Source of the DNA: Nemertoderma westbladi
Lineage: Eukaryota > Animalia > Xenacoelomorpha
Assembly: GCA_032718475.1 (NCBI GenBank)
Contig: JAUCBJ010000831.1
Coordinates: forward strand, 1 to 58,722
Direction: 5' to 3'
Length of the DNA: 58,722 nt
In this document: piece after piece, positions 38,001-50,688 of the stretch
Position numbering within the stretch: the stretch's first letter is position 1
Layout of the letters: every line of letters begins with the position of its first letter
Notes under the pieces: generated by a model
Databases searched by the model: none
What the model was told of the DNA's origin: nothing
Seen by the model: only the letters and a program-made list of their open reading frames with translations
Made by a program: the position numbers and the translations under genes

Positions 38001-38224
38001 GTTGCCATTGCCTCTGCCGCCTTTCTTTCCGCTTCTGCTGTTGCCATTGTCTCTGCCGCCTTTCTTTCCGCTTCTGCTGTTGCCATTTCCTCTGCCACCT
38101 TTCTTTCCGCTTCTGCTGTTGCCATTGCCTCTGCCATCTTCCTTTCAAGACCCTGTCCAAGTCTAAGACTCATTCTAACACCTTCCAAAAGACTATCTGA
38201 CAGTGCCCGTTTTGTGTCAGACAT
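35028..38224 (-). pseudogene. BEL/Pao gag-protease with deleted pol
   Basis: FNGDEMKWLPF gag motif, three Cys/His knuckles, ALLDSGS protease, WRHC...NPADIASRG and terminal RPASRLCLLE. Frameshift near 37170, in-frame TAA at 35901-35903; RT and integrase cores absent. Confidence 0.92.
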
Positions 38225-39544
38225 GTTTGTTTACACAGTTGAATGCCTACGGCTATAAATACAGCTAAAGTAAGTCTAGTAATTCAGTATGACCGTTGGC
38301 CTAGTACCGGTAATTTATTACAGTATATTAGAATACCGGTATACACTTATAATATATATAAGTATTGTAACTAGTTTTGTCACAGAGTACCGGTATATAA
38401 TTTTAGCACAAATATATATAAATATATAATAGGCCTATCGTGAATACCGGAATGCAGCTTACACTTATAGTATATATAAGTATAATTATGAACTAGAATT
38501 AATTACAGAATACTGATATGATTTCAGCACAAATTTATAGAAATAAATATAATAAGCCTATGGTAAATACCGGTATGTCAATTATTTTAGAATAATTGAA
38601 TTTCTGAATATTTTAGGGTTACTTGGTTACTTTAACTTACTTTATTACCGTTATTTAAGCAGTAGTCCAACTGATATTGAGACCTAGTTGTTGTATGGCA
38701 GGCCTACTATTTATAAATCGTTTGAGTTGATTTATAATATTTATATACCCGTTTAAAATGGGTTTTGTCAATATTTGAAATAAATGTTATTATTTCTGGG
38801 GGGAGTCACTACACAGAAGCTATGCGCTCTCAGTGAAGTGCTATTTATTGGACACTAAAACAGATAATTCTACTTCCTAAGTTACTTATCTACGAATTAC
38901 TTACGATACGGGTGAGATTAATTCTCTAACTAACCACAACAAAAATATTACGTACGAAATTTTAGGGTAATTTTACAGGGAAACTACAAACCAGTCTAAC
39001 AAAGGGTTAGAACTTCTGGTTATTACAACAGACAGGATATTATGGTATTTGAGAATAATAAAGCAGTAGTCAATATACTGCGTTGTCCAGATAGGAAAAA
39101 TACCACCGCCTGACGACCTATAGCCGTATAGCTATAGGTACTACGTTATGTATCACGGAGTGTTCCTACCTAGAAGTTAATTACCGCGGACTACCAGATC
39201 CAACGTGCCTATTAACCACTTTACAACACAATACACTGCCTACACACTAATTACCTTCGGAAAGCACTGTACACTAAACCCTAAATTAGGTACAAGTACT
39301 GGTACAACAAATAATCAGTAGTTAAATATACTTGAACAGTTAAAAGAACCACGGCATCTGCTGGAGTGACCAGAGCACAAAGTCACCAGTCTTTACCTAC
39401 GCCAAGCAGCCCGTGTAGTACCGGGGTTAATTTAACTATAACAGTATGTGTAACAAGCACAATTACTGTAGGAATAAACTTGGGGACATGAATGTTGCGA
39501 ATAATCGCATAAACTCTGAATAATAAATATTACGCTACCCGTAC

Positions 39545-40050
39545 AGAATACTCAAACAAAATACAAACCAAACGCTGGCAGACTACCACCAAGCCTAAAT
39601 AAACTACAGTATGTGCAGATTCCAAAATGGTTAGTTAGTATGCGTTCTAACACGGTAGTACGACTTATTCTTTAAGAGGGGATTGACCTTACAGCTATGG
39701 CTGCCCCAACTTACTAACTGGCACTCTATCGGACAAACTCTACACACGCAGTAATCTCTTCAGACCTAATAATAGCTAGACAACAATCCAGCCTACAAAA
39801 TATCTGAGTAATAACTATTACGGTACCTGAACAGACCACACAAACAAACACAGGCCAAAACGTTGGCAGAATACTGTCAAGCCTAAATAAACTACAGTAT
39901 GTGCAGATTCCAAAATGGTTAGTTAGTATGCGTTCTAACACGGTAGTACGACTTATTCTTTAAGAGGGGATTGACCTTACAGCTATGGCTGCCCCAACTT
40001 ACTAACTGGCACTCTATCGGACAAACTCTACACACGCAGTAATCTCTCCA
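39545..40050. repeat. Tandem duplication (period about 288 bp) in the BEL/Pao 5' leader
   Basis: aagcctaaataaactacagtatgtgcag...gtaatctct occurs near 39591 and near 39879. Confidence 0.9.
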
Positions 40051-40419
40051 AACCCAACAACAATCCAACAACAGTCCGGCCTACAATTATCTGAACAATC
40101 TGAGCAGACTTACACGTCTTCAGCTCAATATTAACTTACATGTAAATAAAACCGACAGAAATAAGTAAAATCTCAATAAAAAACCAGGGCGGCCGTCCCT
40201 GATTAAATACTAAGACCTACCAGTATACAATAATCAAAATCGAATAATACTAATGTACTTATACTGGAAGTACCGGTTAGGACAGTGGGGCCTACGGACC
40301 TACAGAAGTACCGGTTCTGGCAGTTGGGCCTACTGACCTACAGAAGTACCGGTTCAGGTTTACCGGTCGACTGGTACTTTCAACTTTATTGCTTACTGCA
40401 ATAAAGACAATAACTGTTA

Positions 40420-43400
40420 TTGTACGCACTTTTGAAGACCTTTAGCAGTTTAACCTGCCAAAATTTATATGTCTTTTGGTTTATAAATAGACTTTAGAAG
40501 TTGACAAATATTTAATACCAATAAACACAACATTAGCAGAAGCCAGCCTAGTGCGCGTCCATTCACCCGCTGGATATACCCGGGAGACTGGATTCTGAGG
40601 GCTTAGATTATTATTGCAGTGTAAGCTTACTGTATTATTCGATTGATCGTTAATAAATAATTTCTGACTAATATTATTCACTTTCGGGAAATATTAACAG
40701 TTCCTTTAGGACGTGGCGCTCTATCTAGGTAAACAGAGATATGACTTATACTAATCACAACGGTAAGTCGGTAAGGCTTATGATTCACGTATGAGGCGCA
40801 TTCTTTAGGAAATGCTTAGTTATCAGCCACAATCATGCACGCTACCGGTAACACACAATACTGCTCACTAATTTGCCGACCGTCAATGAATTTTATCATA
40901 TATAAAGAGAACAGCAACTGACTCATGTAGTGCTTATCAAATAGCATTAAATTCACTACAAACCACAATAATATAAGTCGCAATCGCTATATATAACCCG
41001 TCTCTCTAACCTGTAGTGTATCAAGAAAATTGGGAAATTTGGGTTCTTTATAGATGTTCTCCAAGTAATATTCAACCAACTGATATAAAATATGACAACA
41101 GTAAAAAGCATTAAGACGGTATGTTAAGTTATGATATGAACTGATAACAGTTATACGCTCTATAATCTTAAGCCTACTAATGTTTCTTCTAAAGTCTGAA
41201 ACGAATTGACTCTAGAGCCGGTGTTCCTGGCCTAGATAGAAACAACACAACAGTAACAAAAACACTCTCTGACTCTAACACCGTTGCAGGTATCTTTTTA
41301 CACAGAGAGGAATAGCTCTCATTGGCAGAACACCAGATTCCACAGGTTCCACGAATATCTAAATGCCGAACTATCAGGATTTTTGCAGCCCTTGGCCAAC
41401 ACACAAAATGAGTCACTCCGCTCGGTTGTCCTGGTTGCATACTCTGCTGCTATAGCTCTGGTTGGCCGATAGAACATAGTAAAGAGCCCCTCGTATAACA
41501 AATCAGCCAATCAGCCGGTCGCTTTGCATCATTCGAGTTAGAGAGCTTTTTAGAGTATTCCAGCGCCTGGGGGGAAACTGGATTGCAAAGCAAAAGGGCC
41601 AGTTATATCCCACAGAAGCTTTTACACCGCTCCCAGAAAATGGGATTTGAGTCTATAAAATATACAAAATCACAGTTTCTAATATACGTAAATACTCTAA
41701 ACAGTTAGTCTTTCTTACGCGGACGGCGTTTACGCAGCTTTTTAAAGCTAGCCAGAGTCTTTTTCTCTTTGGGGCGAGCCACTTTACAAGGAGGGCTATA
41801 ACTCCTGGATGAAGGGTGCAATATGATTGCATCAGAGGGTGTAGGATTATGGTCGGTGTATCCGCCAGTCGAAGTACCGGGTTGATTGACATCAACGTCG
41901 GGGGAGAGGGGTCTAACGGCTTTGAGAGCTCGTTTTAAGACAGCCGCTCTTACGGGTCCTTTACGAGTGGTCTGAACGAGAGCCGTGGGTGGACCACAGG
42001 CAGTCAGAAACCTCCGGGGTTTAATGGTTCTTTCCAACTCGCGTTCGCGGGCTCGGTATTCGTAAGGCCGTCGATATACTTCCTGTAACTCGGGGTGTGA
42101 GTTAACAAACAAGTCTCCATAGTCCGGATCCTGACGGATATAATTGATTAAGTTATAGGAATGAAGGTCGCTAGGATTAACACTCCTGAGAAATTTGTGT
42201 ACGAATTTGGTTGAAATACATTCTCCGACGCGCTTCAGTAGCTCGTAACTCGATATGCGTGATTTCTGTTCGACCGAAGCGAATAGATAAGAATGGAACG
42301 CATAAACTCCTTCGTAAGCGCGTCCAGGATAATAGCGATGGCGCGAATCACAATGTAAATCAGCGTTCGCTTCCCAAGCTCTGATGTAACGTAGTGTGAT
42401 CATTTCATCTACGCTTTCCAAATCGCGATTAAAAGGGCAATCGAAACTGGCGTGTCCCTTTAGTTGACAATGGTGACATTGAGTCATAAATTGAGGGCAA
42501 ACCGCAAAAATGTGCAAGTTATTGAGTCGGCAATATGCGCAATAAATTTCCATAGTCGGTTGTTCTTGGAAATAGGAACAGCGGACGTTTGTGTCCATGG
42601 GCGTATCATGGTCTCTCGATGCGCATAACCGACAACGTTGCCGAGAAACATAGTTGGCATGGCGATAATTGTACGCAGTGAGACACTGTGGACCTTGATA
42701 CCATTCTAGGATGTAATCGTTGTCGCTGTTCCGGGCGCGATAGGCTGAATCTCCTCAGATTCTAGGCATATTGGTTCGTCTTCCCAGTCTGTTACGAATA
42801 TAATTTTCGTGATCTATTCTCGGTTTATCGTTACGACTCCGCTGGGTATGATATTTAAATAGAACCATTTCCCTTTCGGTGTCTACATCGTCCGTATCAT
42901 GTAAATCGATAGGATGGCCGGTAGTTAGGAAGTCCATATACGTACTATTACGATGCGTATAGCGAGCGGTGAATTTTCGATAGTCCAATTCACGCGTAAG
43001 TTGCTCTTGGGACATCGGCGGTTCGATATAACGACCATCGTCCTCCGTAATGGTTGGATCGGTTTCACCGCGTATCAAGCTATCCACAAATGCTTGTAAA
43101 GGTAGAGTATATCGCTCCCTGATACCAAGATCATCTTCTATCAACTCCGTCATATCTGCTATCTGAGTTTATTAATATCGAAATGAGTTTATGTTTAGGC
43201 GAGCGGACGTCGCTGCCTACCTCTCTTTGCCCCCGGACAGTGGGATTCTCAGCACCGATGTACCGTCGTCGCGGTGTTTACGCCAACATGTAGCAACAGC
43301 ACGACAACGATAACCGGCACAAGTCACTCCACTGTCCGTCCCAAAGGCTTGAATCCACTTTAGGTTCTTTCTATAGGAGAGTTGGGTTACTTTCACAATT

Positions 43401-43450
43401 GCGACTAGCTACTGTAAACATACTTTAGCAGTAACATTCACCTATAAACG
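40420..43450 (-). repeat. 3.03-kb direct repeat, copy 2 (5' side of the element)
   Basis: Matches 30668-33698. Confidence 0.97.
41705..43153 (-). CDS. Second copy of the unknown zinc-finger frame (internal TGA at 42755-42757)
   Basis: Identical translation to 31953-33401. Confidence 0.7.
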
Positions 43451-43679
43451 TTGCAACGGAAGCAAATACCTGCTATTTTTGAACGCCGATATCTCAGCTA
43501 TTTCTCAACGAACTAATAGTTGTTTACTTATTTGGAATCGTTGCAACTACATTTTTCATTGCTACGAAGCACTATAAGGACGAAGAATAACTGCGGTGCA
43601 ATTTCGAAAAAATTATTTATTATAAGTAATTATAATAATACAGTACATAACAATACTAGATAGGGCTACAGTTATAGGG

Positions 43680-43830
43680 GGCCTATTGTAAAATAAATAA
43701 TAATTTATTTACCTTTTCGCGCCTCGATCTGTCTTATTTACCTCCCTCGCAGCGCTCGGTCGTTTAATAACAGATCTCGGGATGAACGGTAAATAAAGCA
43801 TATTATATTTCCCTCACAGTACAATAGATA
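43680..43830. repeat. Short hairpin MITE-like element
   Basis: tttatttacc...cgatctgt / acagatctcg...ggtaaataaa arms around a ctcgcagcgctcg core. Confidence 0.55.
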
Positions 43831-45599
43831 GTTATTATAATTTAACTTTATACTGTAGTGCGTTAGAATATTGACGTTCCAATATTGATGCTAAGGCTGT
43901 AAGGTACAGCTCAGACTTCGTGGCTCGCCCCATATTATTGAACTAGGCCTATTTCGACAAATTCGGTTTGTCACAGTAAGTATGGGATAATAATAACAAT
44001 AATAATCCATAAAAACCTTCTGAAATTTTTTGAAAAACGTGGACAGAGCTGCTATAATGTGCAAATCAATCTGATTAGTCAATTCATTGCCTGTTCTTTC
44101 TCAACCCAGTCCACCTTATTCAAATTTGAAAAAGGTGGACAACAAAGCTGAAAAAGGTGGACATGCTGTGTGACGCAAACCGCCCGTGATTGGTCTGCCC
44201 ATTGTCCATGTCTTCTGTGTTAGCTTTGGATTCAGTCGTGGCATTACAGCATTATGCTGTTAGTTCCTGGTAGTATTGCATTAGGTCCGTAGCTTTAGTT
44301 CGTGGTAGCGTTAGGGCCGTGCCATTAGGTCAGTAGGTCCAGTCTGCTGCCTCCAAAACCAGGCAGGTTAGTAAAGGAGCAGGTTACAGAGGCGAGTTGA
44401 AAGGGACCAAAACAATAAACGACAATTGAGTTAGGAATATTGTGCTACAGAATATATTAATTGGGTAATTCCATCCAAATTCGACAAATCGCGGTGCCAT
44501 GGTTCATCAACTTCGTTTATTTTTGGATATATGGTCGGAAATGGTATAAAATGACACCTGATGAAATATTTCTGATGATGGTGTATTGGTTTTCGAGATA
44601 TTGCAGTTCAAAGTTTGCGATTTATTCAAACAAATCCCCAATGAAACCTACAGAAAATCTTTCTGACTAGTGGGTGGAGTGTCATTTTATGTTTATTGTA
44701 CACATAAATAGCATTAAAACCATACCAAGCATACTTTTCTAAATAATTTCTAAATAATTATAAATACTTTGTAATACTTCTCTATGTTGTCTGATTAGTG
44801 GGTAGCCCAAAACAATCAGTATATAGTTAGATATACCAAAACGGGGTTCTGTGGTACAATTTTCATGTACCACCAGCAAATCAAGACTCCCTTACCATCA
44901 TCTGGAAAATTGGAACTTTTCAAAATTTCCATACTTTGGAACATTGCTGCATGCGTCTGATAAAATATGGGTGCTTGAAATGAATCATGAGCAGTAACAT
45001 GGATAAGGGAAACATACATGACAAGTTTCGGACCCCACCCGTACCTTCTTCAGTATCTACAGTAATTTAAAAGTTCAATTTTTAGAATTAATCATCAGAT
45101 TAAATAATTTAGAACCAAGGTCTGCTTAAGAGATTGCTCACATAACCAGCATACATTAAGCATTTAAATGTTTTAGACACAATAACTACGCTGTTTTTTT
45201 CACCACCCACTTTTCAGATATTTTAAGTGTATCAAACAAAGAAAAAAATATTCACATATTATTGACAAATTTCAATACCCAATGAATTATATACCTTCCG
45301 TTACTATTAGTTATTATATCATAATAGAAAGAAAAGCTGTTGAAGAGCAAAGCTTTGCCAGGATAATTTGCTCATAAATGTGACAATTAATTTATTTAAA
45401 TTCATTCAAGTTCAATGGGCCTAAATATATTTTATATTAAAATACTGTATATTCCATTACAAGGCAGAATTGCATTAGGTTATTACATTAGGTCTACGGT
45501 TGAATATGAGGACTGCATAGCCGCAGTACTATTCAGCTATAGTAACTGTATGGTACTACTGTAGGGTACATTTGAGTACAATCAGTACCAATACAACTG

Positions 45600-45845
45600 A
45601 AATCTCGTGAGCTCGGCTGTTCAGCTCTTAAATCTCGTGCTCACGACTTTACAGCCCTTGATTTTCGTGCGCACGACTTTTCAGCTCTTAATTTTCGTGC
45701 GCACGACTTTTCAGCCTTCAAATCTCATGCACACAACATTTCAGTGTTAAACTGAAATCTGGTACGTATGACTTTTCAGCCCTTAAATCACAAGCGCACG
45801 ACTTTTCAGTGTTAAACTGAAATCTGGTACGTATGACTTTTCATC
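45600..45845. repeat. About 30-bp degenerate tandem repeat
   Basis: Units like aaatctcgtgcgcacgacttttcagccctt. Confidence 0.75.
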
Positions 45846-46139
45846 GTATGATTTGTCTACTATTACTACTGTACTGTATGGTCTCTCACTACTGTATCTC
45901 TATTTATCGGTAGCTCAGTCGTTTCATAAAGTAAAAACGGCTGGTATTATATTCATATTCATATTTATTTTATTCATATTTGTAATACTCATCAGTCATC
46001 ACCTATTTTGTAAACTACATGTGATACTAAATGCAGTGTTTTTTTTAAATCTGGTACAGTTTATTCGAAGTTTTAAGACCAGAGAAATTTTGGGAGAGTT
46101 TTGATTGGTTTGTTGCATATTACCAGTTAAATAACTGGG

Positions 46140-46255
46140 AGCAAATCTTGGGATAGGAGTAGCGACCACCCCTACCCTGGGTAGCAGCTATCGAAAGAGG
46201 AGCCTTCGGGTCGCCTCCGGCTTCGGCCGACTGTTTGCTTTTGCTTGCTTTGTTG
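46140..46255 (+). mobile_element. 3' fragment of a SINE-like repeat
   Basis: Reverse-complement match to 55675-55760 and 56225-56235; (ttgct)n-like tail. Confidence 0.65.
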
Positions 46256-46992
46256 CATATCTGTAGAGTATTTCGTATACATTTTTCCACCCCTATTTCA
46301 AACAATTTATCTAAGGTCACTAAATCGTCTATTACAATTAGAGTTAATGAATAATTATAAGTTTCACAGAATAATGTACCAGCATAACAAAGATTGAAGC
46401 TTATAATTTACAATAATGTTTATAGAAAACGTTTGTATTTGAACTTGAGTTGTACAGTAAAGTAGTTTGTTGTTTGGTTTGGAACTCTTACAACAGTTTC
46501 CTGCTCCCTTCCCTTAGTTCAGCAAACACTAAAATCATAAAGCATGATTTACACGACGTTTGGTTGTGTTGTTACAAAATCAGTAACCTAAAGACAGGAC
46601 CTCTAAAGCAGGGGTTGAAGTCTCAAATCGAATTAGCTAAAAAAAATTATAACAATTTCAGTAATGCCTGGAATATTTCCTGAATCTACCGCATATCAAT
46701 TTATTTCGGCACTGAAACATACTACTGTAGATTGCAGATTATTATTACCTCAGCGAACCTTGTGTTATAAAAATTAATATGGTAATAAAGAAGTACTGTG
46801 TTACTTTCTGAAATGTTTGTGTGTAATTTACATAAACTTCTTTGCCTGCTCTAGAAATATTTAAAAAAATATTTTAATGAAAGAAAATTTCTGAAATCAC
46901 TAAAATACATAATTTTTAAGTTAAATAGGCTATCCAAGGTCATCAGTGTAATATATTACGATTGTGGCGACTGCAGTGAGGTTGCCAACATT

Positions 46993-47028
<36 letters not shown>

Positions 47029-47827
47029 GTGGACCTGGCAAAAATATAGAGTCGATTGGGTTCAGTGGTTTCGGGTTGATGAGTGAATAAAACGATGCCA
47101 CTTTTGAGTTTAAATAAAATGTTTATTTCGTTTCGATAGGTTAAATAAATAAATAAAAGCCGGCAGGGAATCTGAATATTAACGGTAACTAAAACAACGA
47201 CAATGATACTGGCTTAACGACAATGACAACTGCAAACAAACAACGAGTGAATTGAATGAATGAATTATAAAACTATCGGGTGTACCAGTATTTATACACA
47301 GACACAGAAAGAACCGGCACGTCACGTAGGGAAAGTACAGGTTGTGCAAGATGACAATAGCTATCATTTCATAGTTTTAAGATAACTATAGTTTACTGTA
47401 GATTAAGTTCTGGTCTGAGGTGCAAAAAGTAACGGAGGTTAAAAATTCTGGCCTGAGGTGCAAAAAGAACGGATGTTAAAAAGTTTGAGTTTCAATATAT
47501 CGGACAAGTTTTCTTGAACTGTAAAAAGCTGATGTGAGTAGATATAGTCATATAGTTATGTGTATATATGATATAGTGTAATGAAATGGTCGCGGTAATT
47601 TGATTTAAATAACATAATCGTTTGTGCCATGATGTTTATGCCTATTCAATATAATTTCAATATTACAACATAACCAAAACATGTTAGAACCTTAACTAAA
47701 AGCAAATCCACAAATATCCTCGATCAAAATATAACCAAAAAATTATTAAAAACTATAAAGTATCTATAGAGAAGGAGTAGATGTTAATACTGTAGTACAG
47801 TAGGAATTCGGATACATGTAATCCGGT

Positions 47828-48422
47828 AAGGGGAAGGCATGGGCAGCGTTAAATAGTCAGCATTGGCTGCGTTAAACAGTCTGTCCAGGATTTGGAAGTC
47901 CCATATAATATAACGGAACCTTAATGTTCGATTATTTAGAGCAGCAGTAGTACCAGTAATCCTCTATGGGAGTCCACACTGGGCTCTAACTACAGAGGAT
48001 ACCAAATCTCTGGATGGCACATTCACAAGAATGCTACGCCGGGTTCACTGTTTCAAGTACAATGCACACATCTCCAATGAGACACTATAACATTGGAGGT
48101 GTTCCATTAGTCTCCCCTAGCTTGATACTTGAACTGAACCACCTGCTTTTTGCTGATTATTGTTTTCGCCGTGAGGACCAGCCAGTGCATAATATTATGC
48201 TTTGGCGGCCTCATGGAGCGAGTACGCATGGTGGACAGCCCATGACTTTCTTGAGACGCATCTTAAAGGACACTGGCCTTGAAGATGCGGATGATCTAGC
48301 AAATGTCTTTGGTGATAGGGACTTGTGGCGACGCATTTTTGTCGCCAAGCCGGCACAGTATTCTTAATACATATGTAATATATATGTAATGCAGCTGCAA
48401 TGCAGCATGCCAATTGTAGTAT
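47828..48422 (+). mobile_element. 5'-truncated RTE-like LINE fragment, same family as 15614-16186
   Basis: Colinear nucleotide and peptide similarity (CFRREDQPVHN, GGQPMTFLRRILKDTGL). Confidence 0.88.
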
Positions 48423-50688
48423 GGATGGATACTTAGTTTATAGCTACAGTGCGTTTTGTCGTATCCGGGTGTCATATTATGTGTAGACTTACTTTTCAAA
48501 TACTGTAGAATGGTCCTTTTCGCCTAAAAGTATATTTGTTCGTTTTTTTTCGCTAGATTTATATTGTGGAAGCAAACAAACGATCACGATTAATTAATCA
48601 AAGCTTTTATAATAGAGTGGTAAATGGGGTTGAACGATAGTAGGCCAACTGTGTGAAAATATAATTTCGACCTTTACCAATATTACAAATACAAATTATT
48701 TACTATGTAGATTCTTTGCATTTAAATGTTGCCGTAGTCTCATTGTACAACTGTTACTGTATTTGATGATATGACAAGGGTAACCACCACTCTAAGGATG
48801 AATTAATTTACTTTATTGAAGATAAATAATAAATTTGAGAATTCCAAACATTCCTGTAAGTTGTACATTGTATTGTTCTCATATCAGTCTACTGTAGATC
48901 ACAAAAGGAATGTTAATTAATCAACAAGGTTATTAATAGATGTGTCAATTATATGTGTTTGCTTATTATTTTATAAATAAATACCAGGAGCAACATCCCC
49001 AATGCTAGTAATTTCGTCTTTTAATCATGCTCTGTTATCCTAATTAATTATTTATTTGTAAATTGTATTACATAATCGTTTATATTTTTATATACAAACA
49101 CGTAAAAGAACGACAAATTGTAAGGTATACCGTTACTTATATGTATTTCGTATCTCTTGCTGCTAATTTCAGATAGTGCGGACTTTCGACGCAATCAAAT
49201 TCAATTCATCCCTCTCCAGGGGAAAATTGACGCAAATAACAGCTGATTACTCCCAAAAATAAAACTGTAACCTGTTCTATTTACTTTCGTTTATTGTTTC
49301 ATGGTTAGAATAATATGTCACTGTAACCTGCTCCTTTCCCTAAATTGATAATTTATCATTGAGACAAACTATTAATTCGCCGCGATGGGATTTGCGTCTT
49401 CCATATTAATTAGACCTCTTTCATTGAGTCCTTAGCGAAGTTGCTATGAATGTGACAGAGATTAGGCCACGGTATTATAATAAGTATATTCTAGTATGGG
49501 CGTACTTGTATATAAAGTTTTAACATTTCACAACACGAGTGGCTTGTTACACGAACGAACGTAGTGAGTGAGTGCAAACATAGATACGAGGATAAGGACA
49601 CTGAAAAATAATTTGCAATAAGTATGCTATATTTATTTCAGTTATAGTAAAACAAACTAGGCCAACGGTATACACAAAACCAGTAAAGCACCATGTAAGG
49701 TAACAAACATTACGATTCATTAAAATATAATCAACATAAATTAACTTGAGGTTGTCGCGAAGGAAGATAATAAAAAATATAAATTATGAAAATATATTAA
49801 GCTTATTTACTGTAAAGTAGAAACGTGTTGTATAATGCAGAGGTCGGACGACAGGTGAAGCGGACAGCACAGATAATGGAATTGAGCGAAATATCTACAC
49901 CACATCTTTCTGGCTGTTTTCCAGTAAATCTACATATAACTTATTAAATTTGAAATAGAATAAAAACTTCACGACCAAAGAGCATTATTTCAATAGATAT
50001 TGGTACATATGATTATTATTTATTACATGGGAAAAAAGTTGAACTTTTTTTTCACTATTCTCGAGGTATTTTATTTACCGAGCGTACGGTGGAGCTGAAC
50101 CAACTTTTTATAAAAGAAAAATACCCAGACTAAATGATTTCTATTTTCGGTGTAGGCCTACTTCATTGCCCTGATTCCAATAATGATATTTTCGAAATCT
50201 TCCGCCGGCCTCTTTTTCTTAAATAGTATTAAATAAATTAGTAAAACTATTTATAATAATGCCATACATATTTTAAAAAATACCCAGGTTAAATTATAGC
50301 ATTTTTCGAGAATAATTCCAAAACTATTAATTTTATAATATATGGCCTATGTCTCTTAGAGTAATGTACTAAAAAAAATTATAAATATATTAATATTATA
50401 TTAACAGAACTGGATAATATACTCCATTGTATTGAACATCAACTTCTCTTACTCCTATTGCACTGATCTAAGTATCATTCGAACCGCAATGGTGTGCAAT
50501 TGGGCAATTGGTGGGGAATTTAATGGGTGTACACATCATCAAAACAATGATCGAGTTATTGCTTCTCGAGCTTAGTTGAAGCGTGATAAACTTGGTTTTA
50601 TTCAGAGTATAAAATTAAGAGAATAAAGTAATCTTATTTGTAACGGGATGTCTTACAATCTGTCTGATTGTCAGCTACTGCAGTTATC

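Larger units (their letters stand above)
30669..43450 (-). mobile_element. Non-autonomous BEL/Pao LTR-retrotransposon derivative with 3.03-kb terminal direct repeats
   Basis: BEL-type gag, protease and pol remnants between repeats 30668-33698 and 40420-43450 (constant offset 9752). Confidence 0.9.
30515..44220. mobile_element. Older inverted-repeat element that hosts the BEL/Pao insertion
   Basis: acacagaaaacatggacaacggacagac near 30535 is the approximate reverse complement of 44190-44220; both ends carry aaaaaggtggac repeats. Confidence 0.45.

Noticed and set aside
44891-44901. Alternative first exon for the myosin light chain (ATGATG|gtaagg)
   Set aside because: Phase-compatible but more distant and with a weaker donor than ATGGGG|gtaagt at 30258; not excluded without cDNA.
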